Part shown: piece by piece, positions 20,186 to 29,733 of the stretch | Position numbering within the stretch: the first letter of the stretch is position 1 | Layout: each line of letters opens with the position of its first letter | Source: a virus | Length of the DNA stretch: 64,000 nucleotides | Direction: 5' to 3' (one strand) | Virus record (IMG/VR): IMGVR_UViG_3300036791_000462 | Span: 43,111-107,110 of that record | Made by a program: the position numbers and the translations under genes | Notes under the pieces: generated by a model | The model's input: only the letters and a program-made list of their open reading frames with translations | Told to the model about the DNA's origin: nothing | The model's database searches: none

Positions 20186-21995
20186 GACATTTCGCGGCGC
20201 AACGCTCCTTCTAGGTAGGTATGGGCTACTACACGTTCGCGACTACCAACCACGCGCCGCGCTGCCAGCGGCAGATCGAGCCGGTGCTCGTCCGCCTCAC
20301 CAAGGCTCGCTACAACCTTGCGCCGCTTCAGACGGTGCGTTTCACGCCTCGGTACTTCGAGCCGGTGTCGTGCACCCGGCCGATGGTTTACGGCGTCGGA
20401 GGTGTCTCGCCGCGCATTCGCATGCGCCGCCAGGATCAGCTTGGGGTGCGCCGGATGCCGACGGATCGTTACGAGCCGATTGGGTAGAAAGAAGGTGCCC
20501 TCCGGACAACGGCGTCCTTGGCCGGTGAAGCGGGGCAGGGGTGGTGGGAAGTGCTCTGGCAACCACCACCAGATGAATGCAACTGCATACCCGGTGGTGG
20601 ACGCCAGCCGTGGCCGGGGGGTTCGGCTGACGCCCACCTCCTGGTTGGGAGGAGGGGCGTCGGCGCTTCGGGAGCGACCGGATTTGTTAGTAGCCGCCGA
20701 CGCCGCTTGCAATGGTGCGGCCTGGTGCTTTTCGGCAGGTGAAGTTTTCGGTGCTTTGGACGGATAGGCAGGCGCGTCGGACTGTCTGGCAGGGGGGCGA
20801 CAGCCGACGCGCCTAACGATTCAACGTAGGCGACCGGGCCGGACTTTGGGCTACAACGCGTGAATCGGGCGGAGGTCCACCGGCTGGCCGCACTTCTCGC
20901 AACGCACATCGGCGGCCCCGTCGTTCAGCGCGTCGAAGCTTGCGACCTGTAGCGCCTGCTCCAGGACGGCGTGCGCGCCTCCCTCCGGGCAGTCAAGTCC
21001 GTCGGGGGCGAACACCCCAAGTTCGCGCAGCGAGGCGTTCAGTGGCTTGCTCACGCGGTCGTGGGGGCGGTTGCGGGCGGGTTGGCTGCTGCCGCGTTGA
21101 TGCAGGTGGGGCACACGACTTTGATGGCTTGCGGGTAGCCGGGTTCGCATTTCACGCCCTTGCCACAGATGATGCAGGGACGGATTGACCACATAGTGGT
21201 TCTGACACTCATGAATGCCGCCTTTCGGCATGCGGCGTTCAGGCCGCTTTGAGTCCTTGCGCGGCGTCGCCGAGGATCAGGTCGAGCGTTTCGATGCCGC
21301 GTTCGAGTGCTTGGGCTTGGGGACCGGTGATGCTGCCTTGACCGTGGAGCGGTCCTTGGTGTTGGGTGGCGCTTATGTCGAGCAGCCACTGGCGTAGCTC
21401 AGGCAGGGACATTGGGGGCATGCGTCCTCCTCGGTCGTAGGGATCCGGGGATGCTACGCCTCTGAGCGCGGTCGCGGAAGTGTTTTCGAGCGGGCCGTGG
21501 ATCTTGCAGTCGCGGCCTGCGTGGTGTTCAGCGCAGGCGTCGAGCGGGTTCATGCGGCGTCCAGTTCGAACGGGATTTCGTCGGCGACGTTGGCGGGGGT
21601 GATTTGGATCGTCGCGTGAACGTGGACGATCTCGACACCGTTGTCGTGTTCGATGTCCACGTCGTCAAGGCTGAAGCCGGTCAGCGCGCAGCCTTGTTCG
21701 CGGGCGATGCGACGCGCCATCCGGATTGCTATTTCGGTGAAGGACTCCATAGGGCCGGTAGATACCCCATCGGTCGGACGTGCTCACACGGTCAGTTCGG
21801 GGAAGTTGCGCTCCTGGCGCTTGGCTCCGCTGGCGGCAGCGGTCAGCGCAACAGCGAGCGTTTTGCCCTGGCCGGTGTTCGTTTTGACCCACCGGCCGTA
21901 CTTCTTGTCTTGGCGGCGCAGGTCGCAGAACCACGATCCACCGAGGGTGCCGGGCTGGTGGCGAACGTCTATCGCCCAGCGCGGGTAGTCGTCGT

Positions 21996-22277
21996 TCATC
22001 GTCTCGATGTGCGCTCGGCGTGCTCGGCGGTGAACTGGTCGGCTTCGGGGCAGTCGGCGAAGTGGTTGAGGTGCAGCGGCAGGCTGTGTTTGCGGGCGAG
22101 GTCGAGGCTGATGCCGCTGAGTGTGATCGCGAGCTTCTGTCCAAGGTCGCGGGGCGCGAGGATCAGCACGTTGCCGTTGTCGGACGGGTTGGTGTTGATC
22201 GGCGCGGTTTTCCCGGCGGCGGTCAGCGCCCACGTCAGCGCCTGGCCGCACGCGGAGCAGTGGTTGAGGTTGTTCAT
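21996..22277 (-). CDS. Zn-binding phage hypothetical protein
   Basis: CSACG..LTWALT..GK..PI...GNV...HFADCP. Confidence 0.55.
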   Translation of the reverse strand: MNNLNHCSACGQALTWALTAAGKTAPINTNPSDNGNVLILAPRDLGQKLAITLSGISLDLARKHSLPLHLNHFADCPEADQFTAEHAERTSRR

Positions 22278-23510
22278 CCTTGGCCCATCGTTTCGATAGG
22301 GATGATCTGCAGTTCTTTGCCGTTGGCTTTGAACAGGGCGGTGAGGTGGACGAGCAGGTCAGCCATCGCGTCCACGTCATTGTTGTAGCCGTGGAGGCTG
22401 ATACCGCCGTGTTGGCCGTCGTCCAGGAAGATGATCGCCTTGTCGCCGAGTCTGGTTTCGGGGTGGGCGTCCATCGCTTTGCCCATCGCGTCGCAGATTC
22501 GGGTCAGGCGGTCGTGCGGTTTGCCCTGGGTGCGTTTGAGGTGGTTGTTGTTGGCGCTCATGGCTCGGCGCGCGCTCGGATCAGCCCGGCGATTTCGATG
22601 GCGTGAACGGGGGTGACCCCGGCGCGGTTGCGTTGGAGGTCTTCGATTTGTTGGGCGGCGCGCATCAGGTTCGCCCACGTGATTTGTAGGGTTTGTTCTT
22701 CTCCAGCCGCATCTTGCCGTGCTGCGGACATTTGGGTGCTGGGTCGCCTTCTCGCTGGAAGATGCGCAGCGGTGTTTTGGCCTTGTAGCAGGCGTCACAG
22801 ACATAGGCGCGGCGTTCAGACACGGCTCCGTCTCCATTGCGTGGGGTCGCGCAACCAGTCGCGCAGGGCTTCGATGGCGCGGTCACGTCTCTGTTCGGCT
22901 CGGATGTACACGCCGACGCCGTCCACGTTCGTTGCGGCCTGCGCGTCAACGACTTCTTGTGCCAGTCTCACAAGCGTTTCGGTTGGCGTTTCAGGCACTG
23001 TCGCGGACGGGGATGTGCGGGCCTTCGTGGCCTTTGGGGAGGCGGCAGTGTCCGTCTTCTGACTGGTGCCAGCACGCTTCGTAGCCGTAGATGGTTTGGT
23101 CGGGGTCTGGGCCTTCGGCTACGGCGATGCGGATGATGTCGTTGCCGCACACGGCGCACTCAATCGTGAGGGTTCCGGAGACGGCGTTGTAGACGGCCCA
23201 GGTGGGTTCTGAGGGGTGGCAGTTGCCGTGGAGGTACAGGCCGTCGTGGGCGGTGTGGTCGCAATCTGGTTCGTCGCAGCTAACGCGGTCGAGTTCTTGG
23301 CGGGTGAGGGTTCGGTCTACGGTCATGGCTGTCGCCCTTCGAGCAGCACGGTGACTTCTTCGCGGATCACTTCGCGGATGCCTGCCCAGAACGCGCGCTC
23401 GCGTGTTTCGGAGGCGAGGATCGCTGCGCCCTGGTCATGGCCGAGGTATTGCGCGGGGAGCGTGTGGATGTGGCGGATGGCTCGCACGGCTTCGGGGATC
23501 GGGTCGTCGG

Positions 23511-24050
23511 TCATGGCTCGATCAGCCCGCGTTCGAACTGCTTCTGGAACGAGTTGTCTGGGTCGAACTCGAAGCGGTAGGGCTCGGCTCGGAACGGAAC
23601 GTCGTCGCTGTCTGGGGTGCCGTAGACGGGTTGGAGGTCGTCGGTGTCTACGGGGATGTCGGTGTCCTGGGTGTGTGCTTGGCGGACGCTCGGGTTCTCG
23701 CGCGGGGTGCTTGAGCCGCTGGTGCCGGTGCGGGGCATGATCGCGTCGGCGACTACGTCTATCGCTTCGCGCTTGTTGCCGTCTTTCTCCCATTCACGCC
23801 AGCGGAGTCGGCCGGTGACCGCGAGCCCGTCGCCTTTCTTGAGGTTGCCTGCTACCCATTCGCCCATGCCTTTCCAGATGGTGATGTTGAAGTAGCCGGG
23901 TTTGTCGATCCAGTTGTCGCCGTCTTTGGTGCGGTCGTTGACGGCGAGGCGGAGGTCGCAGACGGTGGTGCCGGATGGGAGTGTGCGGAGTTCTGGATCT
24001 CTGGTGAGGTTGCCGCTCAAAGCGACGTGGTTCAAAGTGAATCCGGGCAC
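23511..24050 (-). CDS. ssb: Single-stranded DNA-binding protein
   Basis: NHVALSGNLTRDPELR, LRLAVN, KKGD.LAVTGRL..REWE, acidic DDVPF followed by a short extension. Confidence 0.92.
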   Translation of the reverse strand: MPGFTLNHVALSGNLTRDPELRTLPSGTTVCDLRLAVNDRTKDGDNWIDKPGYFNITIWKGMGEWVAGNLKKGDGLAVTGRLRWREWEKDGNKREAIDVVADAIMPRTGTSGSSTPRENPSVRQAHTQDTDIPVDTDDLQPVYGTPDSDDVPFRAEPYRFEFDPDNSFQKQFERGLIEP

Positions 24051-24300
24051 GTCAGTTCTCCTCGGTCGGGGGTTTGGTGGTTGGTGGGTTGATGGGGCTG
24101 AGTGCGGTGATGGCGTAGCTGAGCGGGCGGCTGTGTTCTCTGGCTTCTTGTTCGGTGATGGTGGGGAGGCGGTGTGCCGCGCGGTGGGCGCGGATCAGGT
24201 GGATGGCGGTCGGGATCAGGACGGCGAGGATGACGATAGCTACCACGGCGATGTAGACGGTTGTCACAAGTTGTGTGTTTGGGGGGGTTTGGCGGATGGG

Positions 24301-24591
24301 TTAGACGCGGGCGCGGGGGCGTCTGTAGTTGCACAGGCGGCAGATGCCTTCTCGGAGGATGCCCTGTTCGCAGCGTGGGCAGAGTTCGAGTGGTTGGGCG
24401 GGTAGCTCGGCGTTGGCGAGCGGGACGGCGAGGTACTCGGCGAGTGCTTGTTCCACGATGCTGGAGATTGATCGGCGTTTGCCTCGGGGAGTGAGTTCGG
24501 TTTGCGCTTGTGCTTGGAGGCGTTTGACGAGTTCGGGGTGCAGCGTCCAGTTGACGCACACGCGGATTCGGCGGTCAGTTCTGCGGGCCAT
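24301..24591 (-). CDS. Ribbon-helix-helix-like DNA-binding protein with C-terminal Zn ribbon
   Basis: RVCVNWTLHPELVKRL...SISSIVEQALAEYL; CPRC...CRLC. Confidence 0.55.
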   Translation of the reverse strand: MARRTDRRIRVCVNWTLHPELVKRLQAQAQTELTPRGKRRSISSIVEQALAEYLAVPLANAELPAQPLELCPRCEQGILREGICRLCNYRRPRARV

Positions 24592-25543
24592 CGGTCAGCA
24601 GGTAGCGCTCGAACGCAGCGGTCGCGAGTTCGCGGTCCTGGTGGGTGGAGAGCACCTCGCCGTCGGGGGCGACGAGCGCCCACCCGTCGTCGCTTGGTAG
24701 GACTCTGGTTTGGCGGCGTTGGTGGTGGCGGCAGTGGGCGCACTGGGTGGGGCAGCGCGGTCGTTTCGGGATCGCTTCGGGCATCGCGCAGTGAAAGGGG
24801 GTCTGTGAGCTTGCCTGCGGCTCGCTGACGCCCTCCGCGCTGGTCGGCGAGGGGTCGGGTTCTGGTTCGCTCACACGGCGTTAGGGGGCGTTGGTTGCCT
24901 GTTCTGCGAGTGACCGGCCGAGTTCGACCTGCAGCACCTGCCAGTGCGCGGCGACGGCGTAGCGGAGCGCGTCGAGTTCGGAGTCGAACACGACCGCGTC
25001 GAAGCTGCCGTCGTCGTTGTCCGGGTTGTAGCCGAACGCCATCCACAGGTCGCTGACTCGTTTGTCGCGCACGACATCGCGCTCGCGGGCGACGGTGAGC
25101 AGCGGGTCGGGCTCGGCGACCTCGACGGGTTCGTCGGCGACCTCGTAGCTCGCTTCGTCCACCGGGTCGATGGGTTCTTCGCCGTCGGCGAGGCGTGGAA
25201 GTCCCATCTCCAGCGCGCGTGGGCAGTCCCCGGCGTGGCGTTCGAGCGCGTCGAGGACACCGCATTCGCGGCAAGGTTCAGCGACGGCCATCGACTACCG
25301 CTGTTTGGATCCGGACGATCAGTTCGGAGGACTCGACGGCGGTCAGCCCGTCGGAGCGGACGATGTCGCGGGCTAGCTGCCCGAGGCGGCGTTCTTTGTC
25401 CTCGTCGGACTCTTGTATCTGGAGTGCTTCGGTCACCAGCGCGGCCCATTCCTCAAGCTCGCTCATTGTCTGTGCAAGCTACCACCGCAGGCTCACGGAA
25501 GGCGCTATGAAATGCCGCTGTTTGCGGGAAGTTCCCCCCGTAC

Positions 25544-25577
25544 ACGCTCACGTTGTGTGCTATGTTCTTAGTGCGGG
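25544..25577 (+). promoter_or_regulatory. Plus-strand cassette-type promoter driving a non-coding region and tRNA
   Basis: CAC-GTT-GTGTGCTA-TGTT followed by GTGCGG, as in the other cassettes. Confidence 0.6.
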
Positions 25578-25938
25578 TGTGGGAGCCCGCGAGAAGGCCC
25601 CGGCGGGACGCACAAAGGCCTCCCAGCCCAATGGCTCGCCGGGTCGCCCCGATGGGATTCCCTTCGGAGTGGAGATCCGCCGCGACGCTCATCCGCGAGC
25701 GGCGCAGCAGATCCCGGAGGGTCCGGACTCGGCTTCCGGACGGGGCACCGCAGAAGTGTGTGACGTGGGCATCCTTCAGGCGTGGAGAGCCGAGGATTGT
25801 GCCCGGAACGCCAGCGTCCGGTGTATCGAGGGGTTGATCTCCCTTGACGGGACGCAGCGACCACGGACGAATTGCCAGGAGGAGGGATCCTCGTTGTGCT
25901 GGTGAGTGAGGGCCGGTGGGTGTCCGCGTCGAGATCTT
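25570..25938 (+). ncRNA. Candidate ~370-nt structured RNA upstream of tRNA-Glu
   Basis: No convincing ORF. Many hairpins: GTCCGGA/TCCGGAC, GGGCATCCTT/GAGGATTGTGCCC, CCGGA/TCCGG, TCGAGGGG/CCCTTGA. Confidence 0.4.
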
Positions 25939-26011
25939 GCCGCTGTCGTCTAGCAGGTCAGGACGCCGCCCTCTCAAGGCGGAAGCACGGGTTCGAATCC
26001 CGTTGGCGGTG
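25939..26011 (+). tRNA. tRNA-Glu (CTC), no encoded CCA
   Basis: GCCGCTG/TGGCGGT acceptor, CCGCC-CTCTCAA-GGCGG anticodon arm, ACGGG-TTCGAAT-CCCGT T arm. Confidence 0.9.
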
Positions 26012-26014
26012 CTC

Positions 26015-26407
26015 TTACAGCGTTGCGCCTGCTGTCGCGAGGATGTTGCGCAGCGTGCCTGTCGGGATCGAGCCGGTGTGCGTTGGGACGATCACGCGCC
26101 TGCCGCCGTCGGGGTGTTCGAACACGGCGTGGCTGCCTTTCTGGCCGACTCGTTTGAACCCGGCTTTGCGGAGCATGCGGTGGATCTGCTTGGCTGTCAT
26201 CGCTGGCAGCTTCGAGGGTGGGTGCGCTGCGTGGATCACGCCTGAGAGCGTGAACTCGCCGCTGCGGTTACGCGGGTGCAGGATCTCGTCCCACGCGAAG
26301 TGCGACGGGTCGCGACGTTCGAGGATCAGGGTCGCGGCGCGCATCGCTACCGGTCGGCTCAGGCCGCGCGCTTCGTGGATCGCGACCTGGTCCCAGTAGC
26401 CGGGCAT
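26015..26407 (-). CDS. hicA: HicA-family RNase with N-terminal variant tag
   Basis: AWDEILHPRNRSGEF then AKQIHRMLRKAGFKRVGQKGSHAVFEHPDGGRRVIVPTH...IPTGTLRNIL. Confidence 0.85.
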   Translation of the reverse strand: MPGYWDQVAIHEARGLSRPVAMRAATLILERRDPSHFAWDEILHPRNRSGEFTLSGVIHAAHPPSKLPAMTAKQIHRMLRKAGFKRVGQKGSHAVFEHPDGGRRVIVPTHTGSIPTGTLRNILATAGATL

Positions 26408-26618
26408 GGCCGGATCGTAAGGTGGTCTGGCGACCCGGTCACAGATCGAACCGGGTCGCCTGGTTTTTGCGGAGGCTCTGGCGGGATCTGTCCCTCAGGT
26501 TGGGTCGCCGCCCTCCTCGTGCTCTACGTCTCTAACCGTGCTCGCGGGCTCGGGTGTGACATCCACCTCGTAACGTCTGACGTGTGTTGTAGGTTCCCGC
26601 GTGGCACGGCTGGTCTGA

Positions 26619-26646
26619 GCGCCCTCGCTGAAAATGCGGGGGCGCT
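26619..26646 (-). terminator. Hairpin after the lysis cluster
   Basis: GCGCCCTCGC-TGAAAAT-GCGGGGGCGC. Confidence 0.45.
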
Positions 26647-26843
26647 GCCTTATGCGGTCTGGAAGTCGATGTGGTCGATGTCGGCCGGGTCGTACACGGT
26701 CAGCGTCGGCGTACCGCTCTCGTCGGTGGTGGTCACGTGAACGTTGCCGTCGCCGACGATCCCGATGTGGGTCACGTCGATGGGGGTGTCGGGGTCTGCG
26801 GCGAGGAACACGCGGCCGGGCGTGTCGGTGGGCCGGTACGCCA

Positions 26844-27749
26844 TCACGGTGCTGGGGCGAACGGGATCAGGCTCGCGACCTTACCCTTGTCGCTCCCGTT
26901 CCAGGCTGTCTCGCCCTTCGGCTGCCACGTGTAGACGGTCGAGCCGTCGGTCAGGGTGACGAACACGTGCAGCACGCCCTGGGCGTTGGTCGAAGCGGAG
27001 ATGCCTCGGATCTCACTGGGCGCGTCGGCGAGCTTCACGAGCTTCGCGACCTGTTTGCCAGCGGCTCCGCCGTTCCAGGCTGACTCGCCTTTCTTCTGCC
27101 ACGTGTACCAGACGGCTTTGCGTTGCGGTCCGACCACGAACGTGTGCAGGCTGCCGTTGTCCGCGACGGCGGATGCGATCATCTCTATCTCCTCAGGCTT
27201 GGGCGGTGTCGGTTCGGGCGAGCTTCCGCTGGCGTGTTGTCGGGCGGCTGCCAGGATCGCCTGGAGCGGGAAACCGGGGCCGCAATCGCTGTGCCCGCCT
27301 CCTGCTGCGCCTAGCTGCTTGTGCTCGCAAACCCCGGCGCTGGCACCCTGTGCTTGGGCGTCGGACAGCGCGACTATCGGAATGCCGAAGTACGTGGCCT
27401 CCTCGGCGATCCAACGAGCTACGTTGTCGAGCATGGCGGGGTGGGCGTTCCATTCCTCCCGGCTCCAGTGCGCAAAAGCACAGATTTCCATGTTCATGCT
27501 CGGCGGGTTGTAGGCGGCACAGGTCCAGGCCTTGTCGGGCCGTCGCACGTACTCGCCGATCACCCCTGGGGTGGAGTCGATGCCGACGTGCGAGCTTGCT
27601 TGGACGTTGCCCCTGAAGTACGCCCCGAGCGCCTGAAACGTCAAGGCCCCTTCAGCGGTGTGGCAAACCAGGAGCCTTACCCGCGCGCCTCCGCGCGAGG
27701 AGTAGTTAGGGCTCGGGATCAGGGTTCGTTTCAGCGGCGGTGTCGGCAT
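26844..27749 (-). CDS. N-acetylmuramoyl-L-alanine amidase (Amidase_2) endolysin with two C-terminal beta-propeller-like repeats
   Basis: SPNYSSR, LLVCHTAEG, ASSH, AWTC..YN...MEIC, HSDCGPGFP; repeats G.LH.FV...YTWQ.KGE.AWNG x2. Confidence 0.85.
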   Translation of the reverse strand: MPTPPLKRTLIPSPNYSSRGGARVRLLVCHTAEGALTFQALGAYFRGNVQASSHVGIDSTPGVIGEYVRRPDKAWTCAAYNPPSMNMEICAFAHWSREEWNAHPAMLDNVARWIAEEATYFGIPIVALSDAQAQGASAGVCEHKQLGAAGGGHSDCGPGFPLQAILAAARQHASGSSPEPTPPKPEEIEMIASAVADNGSLHTFVVGPQRKAVWYTWQKKGESAWNGGAAGKQVAKLVKLADAPSEIRGISASTNAQGVLHVFVTLTDGSTVYTWQPKGETAWNGSDKGKVASLIPFAPAP

Positions 27750-27860
27750 GTGGGATCTCCTCCGGGTGCGACGGTTCTTCGTCGGGCTCGGGGTTGGGCT
27801 CCGGCCAGTCTGGGTCGTTCTCCTGGTCGTAGATCGTGTGCTCGTAGTCCTCCTGGTCTG

Positions 27861-28181
27861 TCACTTCGTGCCTCCTGCGGCTTGCTTGGGCTGTTCGATC
27901 TGCACTGGCTCTGGGACGGGCGTGGCGGCGATCCCCTTCTGCACCTTCTGCTCCCACGCAATCCAGCCTCGCAGCCAGGACTGCTGGCCGAGCCAGACGA
28001 GCAGGCTGGTGAGCCCGAACACGAGCGCTTGGGTCAGCCACTTGGTGATCGAGGATGCGTTGGTGTGCCAGTTGGTGAGGAAGTGCAGATGGACGAATAA
28101 CCAATCCACCACGGCCCCCGAGAGGATCGCGATATACGGACCGGCGAACGCGACGATCCGGTTGAGTGGCACGTTACTCAT
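27861..28181 (-). CDS. Holin candidate (2 TM)
   Basis: Two hydrophobic segments; lies between the two endolysins. Confidence 0.55.
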   Translation of the reverse strand: MSNVPLNRIVAFAGPYIAILSGAVVDWLFVHLHFLTNWHTNASSITKWLTQALVFGLTSLLVWLGQQSWLRGWIAWEQKVQKGIAATPVPEPVQIEQPKQAAGGTK

Positions 28182-28188
28182 GAATACC

Positions 28189-28986
28189 TCACTTCTTGCG
28201 CTTGTACTTGTCGCGCAGCAGCTTGATCGTTTGCGGTCCGACAACGCCGTCGGCGGTGAGCTTGTTCTTCTTCTGGAAGTTCTGCACCGCCTTGGTCGTG
28301 CGGGCTCCGTAGTCGCCGTCGATGGCCGGTGGGATCTTCTTCGCCTTGTCGCCCTTCGGTAGGTAGCCGCCGCGCAGCAGGTAGGTCTGGACCTCTTTCA
28401 CGTCGTTGCCGGTGTCGCCCTGGCGGAGCGTGCGGTCAGGGAGCTTGCCGGTCTTGCCAGGCACCACGGCGTCGCCGAGCGCGCTGGCTCGCGCGTAGCG
28501 TTGCTGGCGGTCTGTGAGCCCGTTGGTACCGCCGTTGATCCGCCGGGTCGCGGCGTTCACGTCGCGCTGGTCAGCGATGGGGTTCAGCCCGTGCTGCCAC
28601 CACCACCAGGCGCTGATCCGGAAGGCGTTGCGCGGCTGTGCGGCTAGTTCCGGGTGGTTGATCAGGTCAAGGCCGAGCGCTTTGCCTGCGGCGGCGTAGT
28701 TCGTGCGGCCGGTCAGTTGGATCGGGCCGCGTCCCTTGTACCGTCGGCCGTCGCCAGGTTGGGTGTTGCCGAGATCGGCGCGGCCTTGGTACGCGGCCCC
28801 GGAGGCGATCTCCTCCATGTACTTGAGGCTGCCGCTTTCGTGTCCCACCTGGCTTAGCCACATTTGCGCGCGTTCGGGGGTGTTGATCTGGAACTCGTTC
28901 ATCGCCTGTTCCATGAACGGGAGGTACGCCTGGGCGGTGTGGCGCGGTAGGCCGGGCATCGCTTTCATCAGCGTTTCGACGTTCAC
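28189..28986 (-). CDS. GH19 (chitinase-like) endolysin with C-terminal peptidoglycan-binding domain
   Basis: QVGHESG, YKGRGPIQLTGRTNY, TRRINGGTNGLTDR; LRQGDTG.DVKEVQ...DGDYG..T..AV..FQ....L.ADGVVGPQT. Confidence 0.92.
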   Translation of the reverse strand: MNVETLMKAMPGLPRHTAQAYLPFMEQAMNEFQINTPERAQMWLSQVGHESGSLKYMEEIASGAAYQGRADLGNTQPGDGRRYKGRGPIQLTGRTNYAAAGKALGLDLINHPELAAQPRNAFRISAWWWWQHGLNPIADQRDVNAATRRINGGTNGLTDRQQRYARASALGDAVVPGKTGKLPDRTLRQGDTGNDVKEVQTYLLRGGYLPKGDKAKKIPPAIDGDYGARTTKAVQNFQKKNKLTADGVVGPQTIKLLRDKYKRKK

Positions 28987-29522
28987 GCGGGCTCGTCTTC
29001 GGTGGGGTGCGCGGGTGTTTCGGACGGCTCATCGGGTGCGATGGGCACGCCGTCGTCGTCGGTGTCGGGCACGTCGGCGTCGTCCAGTTCGGTGGGGTCG
29101 TCCGGCAGGTCAGTCACGCGGCGCTCCTCGCGGTTGGGTGTGTGCCGCCGACTGTACGCCCGCGCCCGGCGCGGACCGCAATCAGGCTTCGATCTGCGCC
29201 TGCGGTCTGTGTGGCAGCAGGCGCTCGCCGGACGGTAGCTCGCGGTGCGTCATGTCGATGGGCACGAGGTTGACGATGATCACGATCCCGCCGGGTTCGA
29301 ACGTCGCCGAGTGCCCGCGCTCCACCCTGATCGGCGTCAGGTCCAGTCGGCCCCACTCGCCGCGAACCTGCATCGCGCCACGGGTGATCCAGCCAACGTC
29401 CTTGATGTCCCACGTCACCGGGTCGAGGTTGCGAACTGTCAGGTCCGCGTAAAGCGCGAGCGCGATCAGCTTCGGTGGTGCCCAGACCTCGTCGGTGCCG
29501 ACGGTGACGAGCGCGTGGGCGG

Positions 29523-29732
29523 TCACGCCGTGTCGGGCGACTGGTCTTCGGACAGGCCCGAGCGGTCCATGTCAAGCAGGTAGGTTCCGACCCGGTCGGA
29601 CAGGTTCTCCCTGTCGGTCGTGTCGAGGTCGGTGTCCGCGTTCAGTTGCTGGCGGATCTGCTTGAGCCCTTCCCGGTCGGGGAAGCGGCGCTCGATCTCG
29701 TCCGCGTATGCGTTTGCGTCCATAGCGCTCAT
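29523..29732 (-). CDS. Small helical protein directly downstream of the effector array
   Basis: 69 aa; position compatible with an immunity or chaperone gene. Confidence 0.45.
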   Translation of the reverse strand: MSAMDANAYADEIERRFPDREGLKQIRQQLNADTDLDTTDRENLSDRVGTYLLDMDRSGLSEDQSPDTA

Positions 29733-29733
29733 C

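Noticed and set aside
25571-25938. Group II intron (starts GTGCG), tmRNA or RNase P RNA
   Set aside because: GTGCGG is the common leader of the cassettes. No domain V, tmRNA ends or RNase P GAGGAAAGTCC signature was recognised.
25939-26011. tRNA as attachment site
   Set aside because: No integrase and no duplicated tRNA 3' end seen in the window; phage-like genes on both sides.
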